Assembly: GCA_973895155.1 (NCBI GenBank)
Contig: OZ316897.1
Location: 6,213,327 to 6,277,326 of the forward strand
DNA: 64,000 nt
Origin: Marsupella aquatica
Taxonomy: Eukaryota; Plantae; Marchantiophyta
Direction of reading: 5' to 3'
Every line of letters begins with the position of its first letter. Within the stretch, counting starts at the first letter, position 1. This document shows positions 12,701-26,524 of this stretch, piece by piece. The position numbers were made by a program, and so were the translations under genes. The notes under the pieces are model-generated. The model searched no databases, had not been told where the DNA came from, and saw nothing but the letters and a program-made list of their open reading frames with translations.

Positions 12701-15700
12701 CCCCGGAACTGTATTCACGGCCATTATCCGATCGTAGATATCTCACCTTATTACCAGTCTGATTCTCAACTTGGGCTTTCCACTCCTTAAAAGTGGCAAA
12801 AACATCAGACTTACTGTGTAGAAAATATATCCACACATACCTTGAGTAATTGTCTATGAACGTGACATAGTATAATCGTCCAGAATGTGAGGGAGTGGGG
12901 GCTGGACCCCACACATCACTATGTACATACTCAAGTACCTCCTTGCTGGTGTGAGTTCCAACTCCGAAGGGTTTCCTGTGCTGCTTCCCTAGCACACAGT
13001 GCTCACAAAATTCCAACTTACAAGATTGCAAATTAGAAAGTAATCCTTTCTTCTGAAGAATAACCAAACCTTTTTCACTCATGTGGCCCAAACGGAAGTG
13101 CCACAGCCGGGCCGTCTCCTCATGAGATAAGGTTACATTGGCTTCATCACAAACTACACAGCCCTCCAAAACGTATAGATTGCTATGTCTCTTTCCCTTC
13201 AATACAACTTTAGTACTAGTTGAAACCTGAAGGACACCATTAGCAGAACTCCACTGATGGCCATTTGCTTCTAAAACCCCAAGTGAAATGAGATTTTTCA
13301 TCATGTTGGGAATGTGTCTCACATTCCTCAACGTTCTTACAGCACCATCAAACATCTGAAATCTTACAGATCCAAGTCCAACAACTTGATATGGGATTCC
13401 ATTTCCCATCAACACTGACCCGTTGGAATCCGTGTAAGAACTGAAAAAATCTCTCCTAGAGCAAATGTGAAAAGTACATGCACTATCTAGAATCCAGTCA
13501 TCACTCCCTGGATTTGACACTACGTTGAGAGCATAACCTTGACATCACAATATGTCATCATCATCGAGTAAATCTACCTCATGCGAGCTCGATGCCGCGT
13601 TAGCAGATGCAGTAGGGACCTTTACTTGACAATCCCTTTTCATGTGGCCAGGCTTGCCACAATTCCAACATGCAAGAGGCTTCCTCTCTTGCGATTTCCC
13701 TCTGGATTTAGATCTCCCCCGTGATGTAGATCTAAACTTGTTCTGTCCATTTGAGCGTTGCGCTGCTCTCCCACGGTTCACATTCAGCGCAGTGCCAGAA
13801 GAAGATGCTATCTGTGATTGACCCAACTTCTTCTGAGCATCATCAGACAATAAAGAGCTCACCACCTCATTATACGAAATGGACTTCAGATCTCTGTACA
13901 AGAGCACCTGTTTCAAGCCCTGATATGACGACGGTAAGGAGCTTAGCAGAAGCAAGGCCTTATCCTCATCTTCAACTCCTTTTCCCAGGTTTGACAGATC
14001 CACCGCTAGACTGTCAAACTCATCCAAGTGATCCTGCATCTTGCTCCCTTCCTTGAGCCTGAGGCTCATCAAGAGAGACTTCTTGTACAGCCGGTCTGAC
14101 GCATCTTCCCGGTAGTACTTCTCTCTTAGAGCCTTGAACAGTGATGCGCAATCCGCATAATCATCCAGCTGCTTGATGATGTGCGGCTTCAGATAAAGCA
14201 TCACTGCATTAACAGCAATCACCTGCTCCTATCTCCACTGCTTCTCTGAGATCTCCTCCTCTCCATCATACTGCTCTCGCAAAGAGAGCAGATGAGCTAA
14301 GCCCATGGCCCGAAGAACACCTTTCACTTGCTTCTCCCACAGCAAGTAATCAGTACGACCATCGTACTTCTCCACCTCAAACTTTACTCCTCCGAATCTA
14401 GCCATCTCCCTCTTCTTCCCAACTACCAACAGCTCTGGTAGTAGTACAGCTTCCTCCACTGCACGCCGCACCGGTGATCGTACCGGTGTTACTTGTTCCT
14501 CCTCAAATGGTAGCAGCTCCTCCTCAGACTCACCGTCTGACCGTCGCAATCCTGAAGCTCCACCGACACCAATTCTTCCTGTATCCTTCGAGTCACTCAT
14601 ATGAAACAATCACGAAAAAATGTCTTTTTTTGAAACTTCTCACAAAACTCAAAACTCAACACCGCCGCGTAGCCCACGAAGCTAGGAGTCCAATACTGAA
14701 AGCCGAAATCAAAATCAAAATTCGATAGAAAAGTTATTCAAATTTGGTCGGGGTGGGTAAAACCTTGGGAAACTCCCCCATTTTGACCACCTCGGAGAAT
14801 AACCAAAATACCAAGTACAACCCGTCGTTGAAATTGCGATGTGATCGGTGCGCCGCATTGCTAACTCCAGTGGCAACGTCCTCACCGAAAAAGAACCAAA
14901 AAAGTTACCGTTCGGCGGACGGAATCTTTGTCGGACGACCCAAAAACAACTCTCTGTTTTTCGGGAATATTCCTGCACAGTTCGACAGGTCTCACAGGGG
15001 GCCATTCCCCCTGTTGGAGCAGTTAAAACGGAGGGCGGCAGGTCCCGGCACAAGGAGAACAAGAGGAAACAGAAAAAAGGTTTAAAATAGGCCTAAAGGG
15101 GGTGCTAAGGCCCTTTTTTGAAAAATACACTCTAAAATGCGCACACGCGTCGCGCATATGCGTGTCGAGCGTACAGGGTGTACAGGCGTCGGGCCGCGTA
15201 CGAGTCGTAGCCATGGCCGATTTATGCGGTGTATGGCCGGGGTGAGGTCAGCCGGGTCACGGCTGCTAAGGCAGTCGCGTATTCGCGACTACAGGGTCCC
15301 GTGAGGGGCCGGCCGAGGGTTCACTAAGGAAGGAGGGCGGGGACGGGGCCTAAAGGGGGTGCGACCGGCGGCAGCAGCCGGCCGGCGCAAGACAAGTAAA
15401 TGGGGCCAGGGCGTGGGCGACGAGGAGCCCGAAAGGGGGGAGGGACTGGGTGCGCCCGGTCACGCGTATAGCGCCGGCCGGCGCTGTGTGAGGCGTCGTG
15501 CGCCTAATGTCACGGGGTGCGGGGGGTGGGGGCAATTCAATACATGACCGATACAAGGCCGATACGAGGTGTGTATACACCTCATTAAAAGACGCCCTAA
15601 AACCCCCTATAAATGCCAAAAATTGATACCGCAAGTAAAGTGACAAATGCACACCTTAATTGCCGCTGTTTCTCACGAGAAAAGTGAACGCCGCCGACGG

Positions 15701-16676
15701 GAAAAGTTGCCGAATTGCACCGGCACAATCTGCAGCTCCAGCAGAGTAAATAATTTCCGCCGCGTCGTCGTCACTCCGCGTCAAGTGCCAATCTCGGGCT
15801 CAAAATGACCGCCTCGCCGCAATCAAACCGTTGAGCCGTGGCACTTCGCATCTCTTCCACCGAATCGGACATCACGAAGAGAAACCCGGTTCAGATGAGA
15901 ACAAGCTCCATAGCTTGTGAAAAAACCTGAACGCCTCCGTCACTCGTCACGTCGCACTCGGTAACAACTCGGCAGCAACTCAGCTACCGAAACGACCAGC
16001 TTGTTTCAACCTTCAACTTGAGCAATAATGTGCGATCCCCCGAACACCGCACAGCTTCCACCGTTGAAAAAACAAACTCTGGTCTCTCCCCCAAAAAAAT
16101 ACTGTCGAACACGAATAAACCCTGAACGACGCAAACTTCAATTCCTCCGCACCACGGATACCGATCAGCGAGTTCTAACCACCGTTAGAAAGCCCTCTCA
16201 CTAACCTATCTGCATAGCCACACACATTTGAGTTTCATGCGACGAAACTCCGAATATACCATCGACAATAAACGCTGGAAAAACCTGTCACGAAAAAACC
16301 TCGTCACCTCCCAGGCATGCTCTGATACCACTTGTTGAGCATAGACGACATTCGCAACGGCAAGCCCATGAACCATCCAACGCACAACAGTCGACACAGA
16401 GAGATACGTGGTTCACCTCCACATAAGGCTACGTCCACGGGAACACACAAGAGCTTTACTGCACTCTAGGCCGACCGGCCATACCAAGCATCCACAGCAC
16501 AAGCTCTCCCTATCTCTCAACTAGCTCCGTAACAATGAGCCTAAGTTCCACCAGGGTCTGGCATCAGCCCTGGCTATATGCACAACAGCACTACCGCTAA
16601 CATTAGCTAAGTCCTAACCCGAGTTAGACTAACTGTGGTTAGCTCATGAGTCACAAGACTAGAGCAATATCTAACA
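9772..16676 (-). mobile_element. Full-length Ty1/copia LTR retrotransposon
   Basis: 344-bp LTRs at 9772-10115 and 16333-16676 (TG...CA, about 6 transitions). TSD GGAAA. PBS TGGTATCAGAGC (16319-16330, tRNA-iMet). PPT at ~10116-10127. Confidence 0.98.
10323..14609 (-). pseudogene. Copia gag-pol polyprotein, single frame with 4 in-frame stops
   Basis: CWNCGKPGHMKRDC zinc knuckle, WILDSACT protease, GAG-pre-integrase LWHFRLGH, integrase HSDVWGP/RSDNG/ERLN, RT YVDDML, RNase H YVDSDY...ADAFTK. Confidence 0.95.
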
Positions 16677-16826
16677 GGAAACGGCCTCGCCAAGCGCGAA
16701 ACCTACGGGAATCGGCTTGCGCTGGGGGGGTTTCTTGGGTTTATGGGACGCACCACATTTTTGGCGCTAGATGGAGGGGGCATTTCTTAAGCCGTGAGAT
16801 ATGAAGTTAGGAAAGAAGCATAGGTA

Positions 16827-17231
16827 ATGACTGAACCTACGCCAAGGGAGGAAAGAGCGATTCAATGGGAGAGAGCTCGTCTGCAGCAGCTCGCCGGGTG
16901 GCATGATACACAGCGACTGAGAGGAGTAGAAAGAGCTGGTAGCTCCGAAGCTGGAAGTGGCGTTGAAGAAGACATACCAGAAGAAGAGTCGGTAGGAAGA
17001 AACGAGTACCCAACCGACATGGGGGAACTAGAGGCACGGCCAGACGAGAGGCCAGGGACCAGACTGAGCCAACGGTCGCGCATTCATTACAAGGCATTTC
17101 ATGGGAGAGGAGATGAGGATCCGAACGAATGGTTGGATGATTTCGAGGGAACCGCTGCAGTAAATGGAGAATCGGCCATCAAGATGCAGATTCTTCCCGG
17201 CCTGTTCAAGGGTGAGGCTAGGTCACCCTAA
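16827..17231 (+). pseudogene. Truncated Ty3/gypsy gag of the Tat-like element
   Basis: Follows the PBS. FHGRGDEDPNEWLDDFEGTAAVN is a retrotransposon gag N-terminal motif. Breaks off at ~17225. Confidence 0.75.
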
Positions 17232-17959
17232 TGGCCTTACTGATTGGTAAGCTTCTGGTGGCCATAGCTCAGAAAATCTGAGAAAGCTCGAGAGCTTTCT
17301 TCCTAAAAATGGTTAAGCATTGAGGCTCAAGAATGAAATCTCAGGGATCTAAGGTAGCTGCGTTGCTGTGGGAGAAGAAATGAACTGAAAAGAGATAGAA
17401 ATGAAAGAGTTTTGATCAGGCAAAGCTCTCAAAATTGCAATTTCTTCAATTCCAAGAAATCAGAGAGCATCAATGACCCAATACTCCTCAATGTCTTACC
17501 AATGGCAGTTTAGAATCGGGGTGAACATTCTCTAGGCAGTTGTGCTGCTATAGCAAGTGAAACAAGCTTGAATGGAGGTCTAACAAGTGAGCACTGAGGG
17601 TTGAAGCTTGCGCCCTACTGCCGGTTACCATGGACGTCCCTCGAAGAAAAGAAAAAAATGTGATCAGGCCGGCGCAGACGTCAAATTAGGTCGTGGCGGG
17701 GTGGACGTCCCAGACGCCCCTACGTAGAGGCCGTCCAAGACATCCTCGGGTTTTTCATGCGGGCCGGCACGAAAAGAGTTGGCCGTCCTTGGCAAAAAAT
17801 GGTTGTCATCCCTATGTGGAAGCCGTCCAAGCCGGCGCCGTCTTTGCCGTCTTTGTGAGGAAGCCATCCAAGATGGCTGCCGTCCAAGCCGTCCCTGTGT
17901 AGAGGCCATCCAAGCCGGCACCTCATTTTTGAATCTTCTTTCAACTTCTTGCCGTTGTA

Positions 17960-20662
17960 AATCTACTGGTACCGTCTTGGTCATAAGGTTGACACTTGAG
18001 CCTCCATCCACTGGTACCTTTTTGATTACACAACTTCTACCTGAATGTCAATCTCAGGTGGTCCTTGGTCTTCCCACTCCATTCTCAAAATCTCAGTAGT
18101 AGGTAACTTGACACGTGTCCTTCTTCCCATTAGTAAACTTCTCAGTTGTTTTTGGTAGGTAGGATTATCTTGCAACAATTCTCCTATTGTAATATTGGCA
18201 GGATGGTTCTTGACATCTTGAACTATATCATAATGAGTTCTCTTTTCAGGAATCAGTTTCTTAGGTACACTCACCTCAGGTGGATCATGTTTTGGGTCTT
18301 GTACTTTCTCTAAAATCTCAGTTGCTAAGTAATCCCTTATCTCATCCGAGATATCCGATACAAAATACTGAGGGTCATGCCTATCATAGGCTGGATCTTG
18401 GTCTTTAGGTAAACCTTCCTCAAAGGGGGTCTTCTTCTTCTTTGGAGGTTTCTTCTTCTTTCTAAGTATCCTTATCATCACCATTTCTTTCTTCTTCCCC
18501 TTTTCCTTTAGATCGAGTGGTTGCAAAAGTATCCAAAATTTGGTCACGATTCTGCACCCTAGTATTTTGGTTGACCTGCTACTGCAGTCTTGACTAAATC
18601 TTTCACTTTTGTGTCAAAAACTTTTTCAGTCAAGGGTTGCCCAAAAACTTCTAGAGGTGAGGATGTGGATTTTACTGGCAATTCTTCCTCCAAATTTTCA
18701 GTGCTACCAGTAGTGTCCATCACTCGATTTACTGTTACATCTTCCTCAACAAAAATGTAATGACAATGATCTACCTCCTCCGTACCATACACCATTCTAA
18801 CATTGGCCTCCGGTCGTGAAGGTTCCTTGGCAGGTTCTTGTGCAAACCTCACCATCATCCGTGGTTTAGGGGGGTTAGGGCATTCCACTGGTAAGTGTCC
18901 CTCCTTACCACAATTTCCACAAATAGGTGTAAATCCTTCTTCTTGTCTAGGGTATGGACATTGTGGAATGTAGTGACCCTTATGTCCACAATTCTAGCAA
19001 GTACCTCGATCTCTTGGAGCTCCCTTAGGTGGATATCCTCTCGGAGGTCCCATTGGTGGTCTCGGCACCGGTCGCTGAGAAGGTCCAGATTGTGCTGTAG
19101 GGAAATACTGTGGCCTAGCATTTTGAGCTTGAAGTGCATATATATCATTATATTCATACATATCTTCTTCTTCCTCCTCTTTGTAATTAAGGTAGTTTAC
19201 TGCAGGTTTACCATTTGGGCATTCATTTGGGTAATGGCCATGACCATTACATCTTGTACACCATACATTTGTTCTCTGGATAGGTATCGGTCTCCTTGGT
19301 GGTCTCACTCCAACAATATTTACAAAAAGTTTAGACAATTGGCTACTTAAGGACTCAATTACCTTATCCAAGTGTTTTATTTTTGCCGATACAGCTACCT
19401 TTTTGACCTGAGTGGTTTGCTTCTTGGTATCTTCCTCTGAACTAGAATTGCTACTTTCTGAGGTCGACTCAGAAGTGTCATCACTGCTCTCAGTGCTACT
19501 CTCATCTTTGTTGGAATCTGATGAGGATGATTCCTCTTCTTTTTATTCTTTCGTTTCTTCTTTCGTTCTTCTTCAAATCTCTCCTTACCCAACTAGGTTG
19601 AGATAATTTAGAATCTACATAAGTTTGGGCGGCGTCTTGAGCCTCCTCAAGAGTTTTCACTCCTTCCCTACGAACAAACCTGTTGATAGGACATGGCAAA
19701 CCATTAATAAACCAATCCCTAATAGTATCAGGTGCCATATTTGGGTTATATGCATCGATCAAATCTAGTAATTTAGCCGAATACTTCTTCACCAAATCGT
19801 GTTTCTTCATTCGATGTTGAGATATCTTTGCAAACGCCCTTGCTGATGCTCTGTCTTCCTAAAATCTCTTAAGGAATGCCACCTTTGTTTTTGCCCAATC
19901 ATTCTTGTCCTTGAATTGATCATACCATTTCTGAGCAGCTCCCTTTGATAAGCCTCCAAAAATAGATGCCTTTTCATTATCTATATTCTGATTGTTTATG
20001 GCAGCTGATGCTTCAAATTCTTTGAGGTAGGTTTTTGCATCTTCCTTCTCCTTCCCATAGAACTTATCAAACTTTACTATATTTTTAGCCATTATGGAGG
20101 TGGGCGGTAAGAATAATCGGGTTAGAGGTATGGACAGTAGTTGCGGTTGTGCTTGGATAGGTACTAGATTAGGAGAATTTGATGCAAAAGGATTGATTGA
20201 TCCTTGAGGGCTAACCATTGTACTTCCGCTGGAATTTGAATTGGAACTTGAGGTATCTGATGTAGAATCCAAAGTTTCTGGTGTAGATGCCTCAATTTCT
20301 AATCTCTCCGGTATTGATGATTCAATCCTTAACACGGGTTCCTCTTCAATCTCTTCCCGTGGTCTGCTATCAAGCCGAATAGGAGCGCAAACTTGATATC
20401 CTCTCTTGGTTTGTCGCGGTACTACTAATTTTGGTCCCGATCGCACATTGATATAGGTAGGACGACTACTCGTGGGGTGATCAATAGTCTTGCTTCCTAT
20501 TGCATTCAATGTGCTTAACTTGTGTGCCACAATTCCGGTAGGAGGACTATTGTTTGCTTCAAAATATGGTTGTAATCGAGTAGGTTCCAATGCTTGACTT
20601 TCAAAAGGTACAATCGCCTCCTTAGGTTCCTTGAGTTCAATTGATTTTCCCCCTTTACTCAT
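17960..20662 (-). pseudogene. Decayed gag (three CCHC knuckles) and aspartic protease of the Athila-like gypsy element; pol absent
   Basis: KFYGKEKEDAKTYLKEFEASAAIN gag motif. Knuckles CTRCNGHGHYPNEC, CxNCGHKGHYIPQC and CGNCGKEGHLPVEC. Protease VDGGSSVNLM near 18010. Confidence 0.85.
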
Positions 20663-21803
20663 ACCTCAATTTCAATACAACAAGAAGGATCTAATTCTGA
20701 AATTCCAAAATCTATAATTGCACTCTTAGAAGTGTAAAACTCTGATCTTCCCTTCTCCTTAATACCTTAAGGACTCCTTAAAAATGAAAAGTCATGATTG
20801 TTCAGGTTTTGTTTGGAGTCAATGGAACCTGGTAGTGCTCCTCAACACCTTTCTAACGCACTAAAATTTTTAATTTTTGGCCAAGAGGTGCGAAAGTTAT
20901 GGGCTGTCAAGGTGACGTCTTGGACGTCTTGGTCTAAGGGTCGTCAGGGACGTCAAGGACGTCAGGGCGTTCTGACGTCTCTTCACAACCGGCTTGACAT
21001 CCCTTCAGAATTTGGTGATGTCTTGGACGTCCTCACACACAGGCCATCCGAGCCGTCAACAAGGTGACGTCCTGGACGTCTTTACACGCATGCCGTCCGG
21101 GACGTCCAGAATTTTTTTTCCAAAACTAAATTGGTCATAACTCCCAATTCCCTTATCATTTTTGGCTCAAATTTATATCAATTTAACATGCCATCTTCCA
21201 AGGAATCCAAATCTGATGTTAGAATTCAAATAAAAAATTGGAGGAAGAAGTTTCCTTCACAAGCCAATCAATGGTTCATCATAAGGCAATCATCAAGCAC
21301 TCCCTCATCTTCTTCCTCTTTGGTCCTGGATGAGAGCATGGGCTAAATCTGAAATTGAAATGACAACATATCTCTCTCTTGTAACTTGTCCATTTAATCT
21401 CAAAATCACTAAATGAAGTTGGTCTCCTTGCCACCAAGTAATGGATAACCAATGAATTCCTCTCCTTCCTCTTAGGCTAAGTACTCTTGTTCTCAAATAG
21501 GTATTTCTCATATTCTGTATTCTGAAGGTGCCTAGTGATCTTGGTTGAGATCTCGACATCTTATCTACCAAGTTAGAACTCTATTTGAAAGAATCCATTG
21601 TTCAATTCTTCGTTAACTGTTGAGGTATGATACCCATTCAAAAGATTGTTTAGCACCTCAAGTGCATCTATCCATGAATCTCCAAGTCCGTGCAATATAG
21701 CCAAACTTTCCTTGATTCTTAACTTCTCTACATTAGTCGCCCAAAAATGATGGCACTCATTCTTTCTTAGAACAAATTCTAAATCATTTTCCTCCTCGAT
21801 AGG

Positions 21804-24800
21804 TGTGGTGCGTCCCATGGCTCCCTAAACCCAAGAAACCCCCCAGCTCAAGCCGATTCCCGCAGGTTTCGCACTTGGCGAGGCCGTTTCCGCGACTTAG
21901 CAGCATGGGACGCTGCTAACCTTCTACTACTACTGTTAACATTTTACACACATATACTGGACAGATCCTTCATCGGGTCATGAGATACGTAGCCGGCCTA
22001 ATCTAGGCCTTCCCCTGTCTTCCCCTCCGTCTTGTTAGGTATGTTTGGATTCCGCCGCCGGAATGATCCCCAATAGGCTTGGTTAAGCCGCTAAGACCTC
22101 TCTCAGCTCGACACATCCAACTCTCACTCCCCTGCTTACTTTCCTTCCTTTTGGTTGATGTGGGCACTCTTCACACAAGTTAATGCGACACACAAATAGC
22201 AAAATGACTCATTCTGACTGAGTCATACCATGCACTTGCCATACAAACAGTACATCTCATACACAAGCTCTGCGAACTAAGCCGTGAGGCCAACTCTATT
22301 TAGCTCTTAGGCATGAGGAAACATGAATATACACAAGGGTCACTGTATGACTAACCGAGAGCTTCTCGTACTACTTGATCCCAGCCCGGCTGGTGCAAAC
22401 TAAAAACTTGCTAAAGAAGAGGCCCTGAGCTCCCCGCTGCCCAGGTACTTATCCTGGTAGTGGATCCGCCATTCTTTGCATCGTAAGCCTAATCTACCTA
22501 ACAGTAATCTACTTGCCCGAATCTACCTATGTACAGCAAGGCAGGAGCACAAGTGTTGCTCCTACCAGTGGAACCGCAATCCCACTAAGCTAAGTGTCAC
22601 GGCCGCTCCTGGTCCTGATCCTAATCCTAAACTTGGAGATCAGCACCCGCCCTGCCCACTCACGCCTCCTCCCTCCACGTTCGCCCTCCCTAAAAGGAAC
22701 GGCGCCCTTGCACCGTCATGACACCGGTGGAGGATCCTTAATGGACGCCCCCAACGCTTCCTCCTCAGCCACTGCCGTAGGTTCATTCTCTGACAGATTA
22801 CCTGCCCTTGACTGAGTCAACTCTCCATCGGCCTGACTGGGTCCACCATCGGCGTCGGCATCAGCTCGGGAATCGGTTACGGCCTCAGCCTCGGCTACGG
22901 TCTCCCCGGCCTGCTCAAGAGGCGGATCTGGAATACCGGCCTCATTACTGAGTAGTTCGGCTTGGGCCGCACCACCCCCACCTGTGATGATAGCGGGATC
23001 TATTGCCGTATTCATGCCGGAGGATGGTGTTGGTTCTACCTCCTTGGTCACCACGGCTTGTGGAGTCAAATTACTCCTTGACCCTGAAGGTTTCCGCTTT
23101 TTCTTCTTTTCTGGTTCGGCAGCTGGTCCCTTCCCCTTCCCACTTACTTCCGGCACTGGTGCAGGTGGCGCGGCTTTTTCTTCGGCCAGTACCACTCCTG
23201 GTAACTTGGTTGCCCCAATTGGAGTTGGGCCTGATGAAGACAAGCACTTAAATACTGCGGCTTGTTTCTTCAGCCGCTCCGTTTGGTTGTCGGCCCGCCG
23301 CTGGAGGTTCTCCATCTTCCTCGTGATTTCCTCCAACTCCTCCTGGGTCTCATCCAGGTCCTTGCGCGCCTCCTCTAGTTCCTTCTGGGCTTCCTCCCGT
23401 TCTTGTTTCAAGGTAGTCCTCTCCTCCCGGGTTGCTCTTAGCTCCTTGTCGAGCTCTGCAATGATGACAGACTCCATCTGGTTCATCTTGGCGTAAGTCT
23501 GATCGAGCATCTCGTCCTTCTCCCTTAGGTCGGCCTTGAAGCTGGCCGTCAGGGACGCAAGCTCCTGCTGCAGCGCCATAATCCCTTGATAGGATTTCCC
23601 TAACTCGGCCTCCTTCTGCTCAAGGGCTCCGCGGATTTTCTCGAGCTCCCCCTTCAACGCCCATTCCTTTCTTTGGGTCTCCGCCATGGCCCGGCTGTTG
23701 GCTGTTATGTGGGCCTCCTATGTATTCTTCAGCTCTTGCTTCCACTTCTCCCTCTCTTTGATCGTGTCGGCCAACTCTCCCTGCGTCTGAGTCAGTTTAT
23801 CCTTGATATTCTGATTATCAGCCTGCGCGGTGTCCAACTGCCCCTGCATGATGTTCAGCTCATGTCGTTTAATCCGCAGTTCATCTTGGGCTTTCTTGGC
23901 CGCCCTTAGATCTTCAATCTCGGCTTCCATCCTCCTAAGCCGTCGAATGACCTCGTCCTTCTTGCTTCTCTCTAAAGCCACCGCTTCTTCTAATTGGTGC
24001 TTCTCCAACTGCTCCCTATGGAAAAAGGGTCCTACCTCCAACTCCTCTCCAAAGATGCCGAGCGCAAGTTCCCCACACATCTCACCATACTCCATGGCTC
24101 TATTCTTAGCGTAGGTGGAGTAAGTAGAAGTGATCGGCATCGCCCATCGCGGCCTCTACTCCCAAGCCGTCTTGCGGATCTCTTCAATCGTGGCTAGAGG
24201 TTTGCTTCCTTTTGTGGCTAGCTGCCTGATGTCCTCCGGCCAATCTCCTCCTGGTAAATCCTTTTCCCTAGCCAGGGCTGCCTCCTTTTCCTGCCTGATT
24301 CGCTCCTGAAATTCCTGCACCGTCTGTTTTATGCCGTCGAAGCTCGGGGGAGCAACATCTGGTGGGGGAGACTCCTATGTGCGGGTTGGTGCAGGTGTTC
24401 CGGAAGAAGCCATTCTTCGTTGATGGCCCGGGGAACGACCGGAACTCCTTGTCAGGCAAGGTCTTCGTGGTATCAACTTTGGTCTTATTGCCTATCGGCA
24501 AGCCAAACACTTCGGCAATTACCTTGGGAGTAAGATAGAAATCCTTCCCATATATCCTCGTGCAATTGGTCTCGGGTTCCCATGACCCCACGAATTCTAA
24601 TAGGTCTGACTCCGGTACCTCCAGCTTCAGCCATGGTAATCTTACAAAGGCCTCTAAGCCGGATCCGGCCATGAAGCCTTGGTACTTCTTGGTCTGCATG
24701 GCCGTAAAGCATGCATCCTCCTCCCATGCAAAATGTAGTTGCACCTCCACCGGTAGGGTTGCCGCCCAGCCCTTCCAGGTGTCATCCCTGGTTGGAATGG

Positions 24801-25666
24801 CCTTGATGGGATCGACCTCCTCCTCTTCGGCTTCTCCCTGCCTCTTGCTCTGTTGCTCGGCTGGCTTCTTTGGTGCCGCCGACCTCGTTCTTTTTGCCGG
24901 GGTGGCTTCATCGTTGACGGCTCCCTTCCTCTTCATCTCTGCTGCCGTGGAGGTTTCTCCTAGCACCGTTGCCTGGGTCCACCTTTCCGTGCTACCCTTT
25001 AATTCCCAGTGTATGTCATTGCAGTTCTTGATGGCCTCTCGGATGCCGACGACGCTGTCTTTGCAAAACAGAAGATCGTCGAGTTGATTGGAGGTAGGCG
25101 TCCACAGGAACTCGTCCTTGATGAGTTCGCCTCCTAAGAAAGCCGTGTTCTGCAGCTCCCACAATCGAGCGAGCTCCTACCGTTCTCGAGCTGCCCTTTC
25201 TGATTCCTCGTCCTCGTAAGTCTTGATGTACTCAGTTGCCCGTTCGAATAGGCATCCCCAGAAATGTGCCGCTTGATTGACGTTGCTCATACCCTCCTTA
25301 GGTCGATCGTCGGTATCTACTCTCTCCCCTAGTGCTTGCCTAAGCAGCTGACAGTAGTTGGCCTCCCGTAGTCGTCTGCCTAGTTCGTGCTCGCAAATGA
25401 GCCACCATCTCCTGCAAGCGCTCCTTACCCCTCTCCTCTGCCGGTCCTTCTTCCCGTTGATCCTTCCTAGCCGCCGACGCTTAACGCGCCCTAACCCTAA
25501 TCGAGTTTTCACCCTCAGCGTCCTTACCTCCGGCCTCGGCCCGGGTTCCATGGTTGCCCCTAATGGTTTATATTTTCCTTGTTTTGTCCCTATACTAAGG
25601 TGTTCCTAGGGTGCCTTCCTGCTTTACCCACTTAACTGGCCGAGTGATTCCTGTCTAGGCATGACA
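21804..25666 (-). mobile_element. Solo LTR of the Tat-like family carrying the long ORF (with an ~0.8-kb internal deletion)
   Basis: TG...CA ends. Perfect 5-bp TSD ATAGG at 21799-21803 and 25667-25671. Inverted homologue of 5181-9771 + 16682-16757. No PBS or gag adjacent. Confidence 0.92.
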
Positions 25667-26524
25667 ATAGGTAATAGCTTGTATTCACCATCGTCAATTC
25701 ACAATCTCTTCAACACTAATATGTCTGTCTTGTCACAAATTTCTGGCAAATCGGAAACCCATTTGAAAGATGCTTTTCCCGAACTCAACTCCTTCCACTT
25801 AATTAAGATCCACCCATTCCTAGCATAGTGGTCCAAGGTTGTAATTAACACCCTTCTACTCAATGTCATAATGGGCTTTTCCTCTTGTAGAAGTACATTG
25901 GAGTTTCCATAGAAGTCCTTCAGGACATTATCAAGCTTGTGTCTCCACAAATGGTCTCCCTTCAAGATTGCCAAAGCGTCCTTCAATTCCTTCTCAATCT
26001 CCAATTCCTCTTAAATACGGTGGTCTTTTAACAATATAGGAATCAATTCCTTATCAAATTCATTGTCTTGCGTGGCTTCCACCAATTTGAATCTTCTGTC
26101 TGAAACTCGCCTGAAAATCAATAAACAATCAAGGAAAACATTTGTATCCCATGTATCAACTTTAATCAATTCGCCACCCCAAAAATAACTTCCTCCACTT
26201 GCACTTCCTCCTCAACTTTTCACAATTGTCGCCCTAGAATGCGTAGTGGTGGTGATAATATTGTGATGTTGATTTTCTCGTGACTTGATTTGGGCTCGCT
26301 CCCTTTTCTGAGGTCAATTTCTCCTTGGCATGTTTTGATCTCCAATGTCTCTCCTTTTCTTTCTTAAAATTCAACAAGATTCAATTCGAAAAGAATCAAA
26401 CACCATGAAATAGGTTTGCAACCCTAATTCACCATATCCAACTCCCTCTTCCTTCAACCTCCTTGAACTCCAAGAATTAATAATTTGGCATTCACAGTCA
26501 GCTTGTCAAATCATCCCTGATCTG

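Larger units (their letters stand above)
5181..16757 (+). mobile_element. ~4.7-kb 5' LTR of a Tat-like Ty3/gypsy element (interrupted by the copia at 9772-16676)
   Basis: Starts TGTGATGCC and ends CACCACA. Immediately followed by PBS TTGGCGCTAGATGGAGGG (~16761-16778, tRNA-Arg-type) and a gag ORF. The whole segment is homologous to the solo copy at 21804-25666. Confidence 0.85.

Noticed and set aside
14715-16300. GC-rich ORFs in the copia 5' region
   Set aside because: They fall in the long 5' leader between PBS and gag and show no recognisable motifs.
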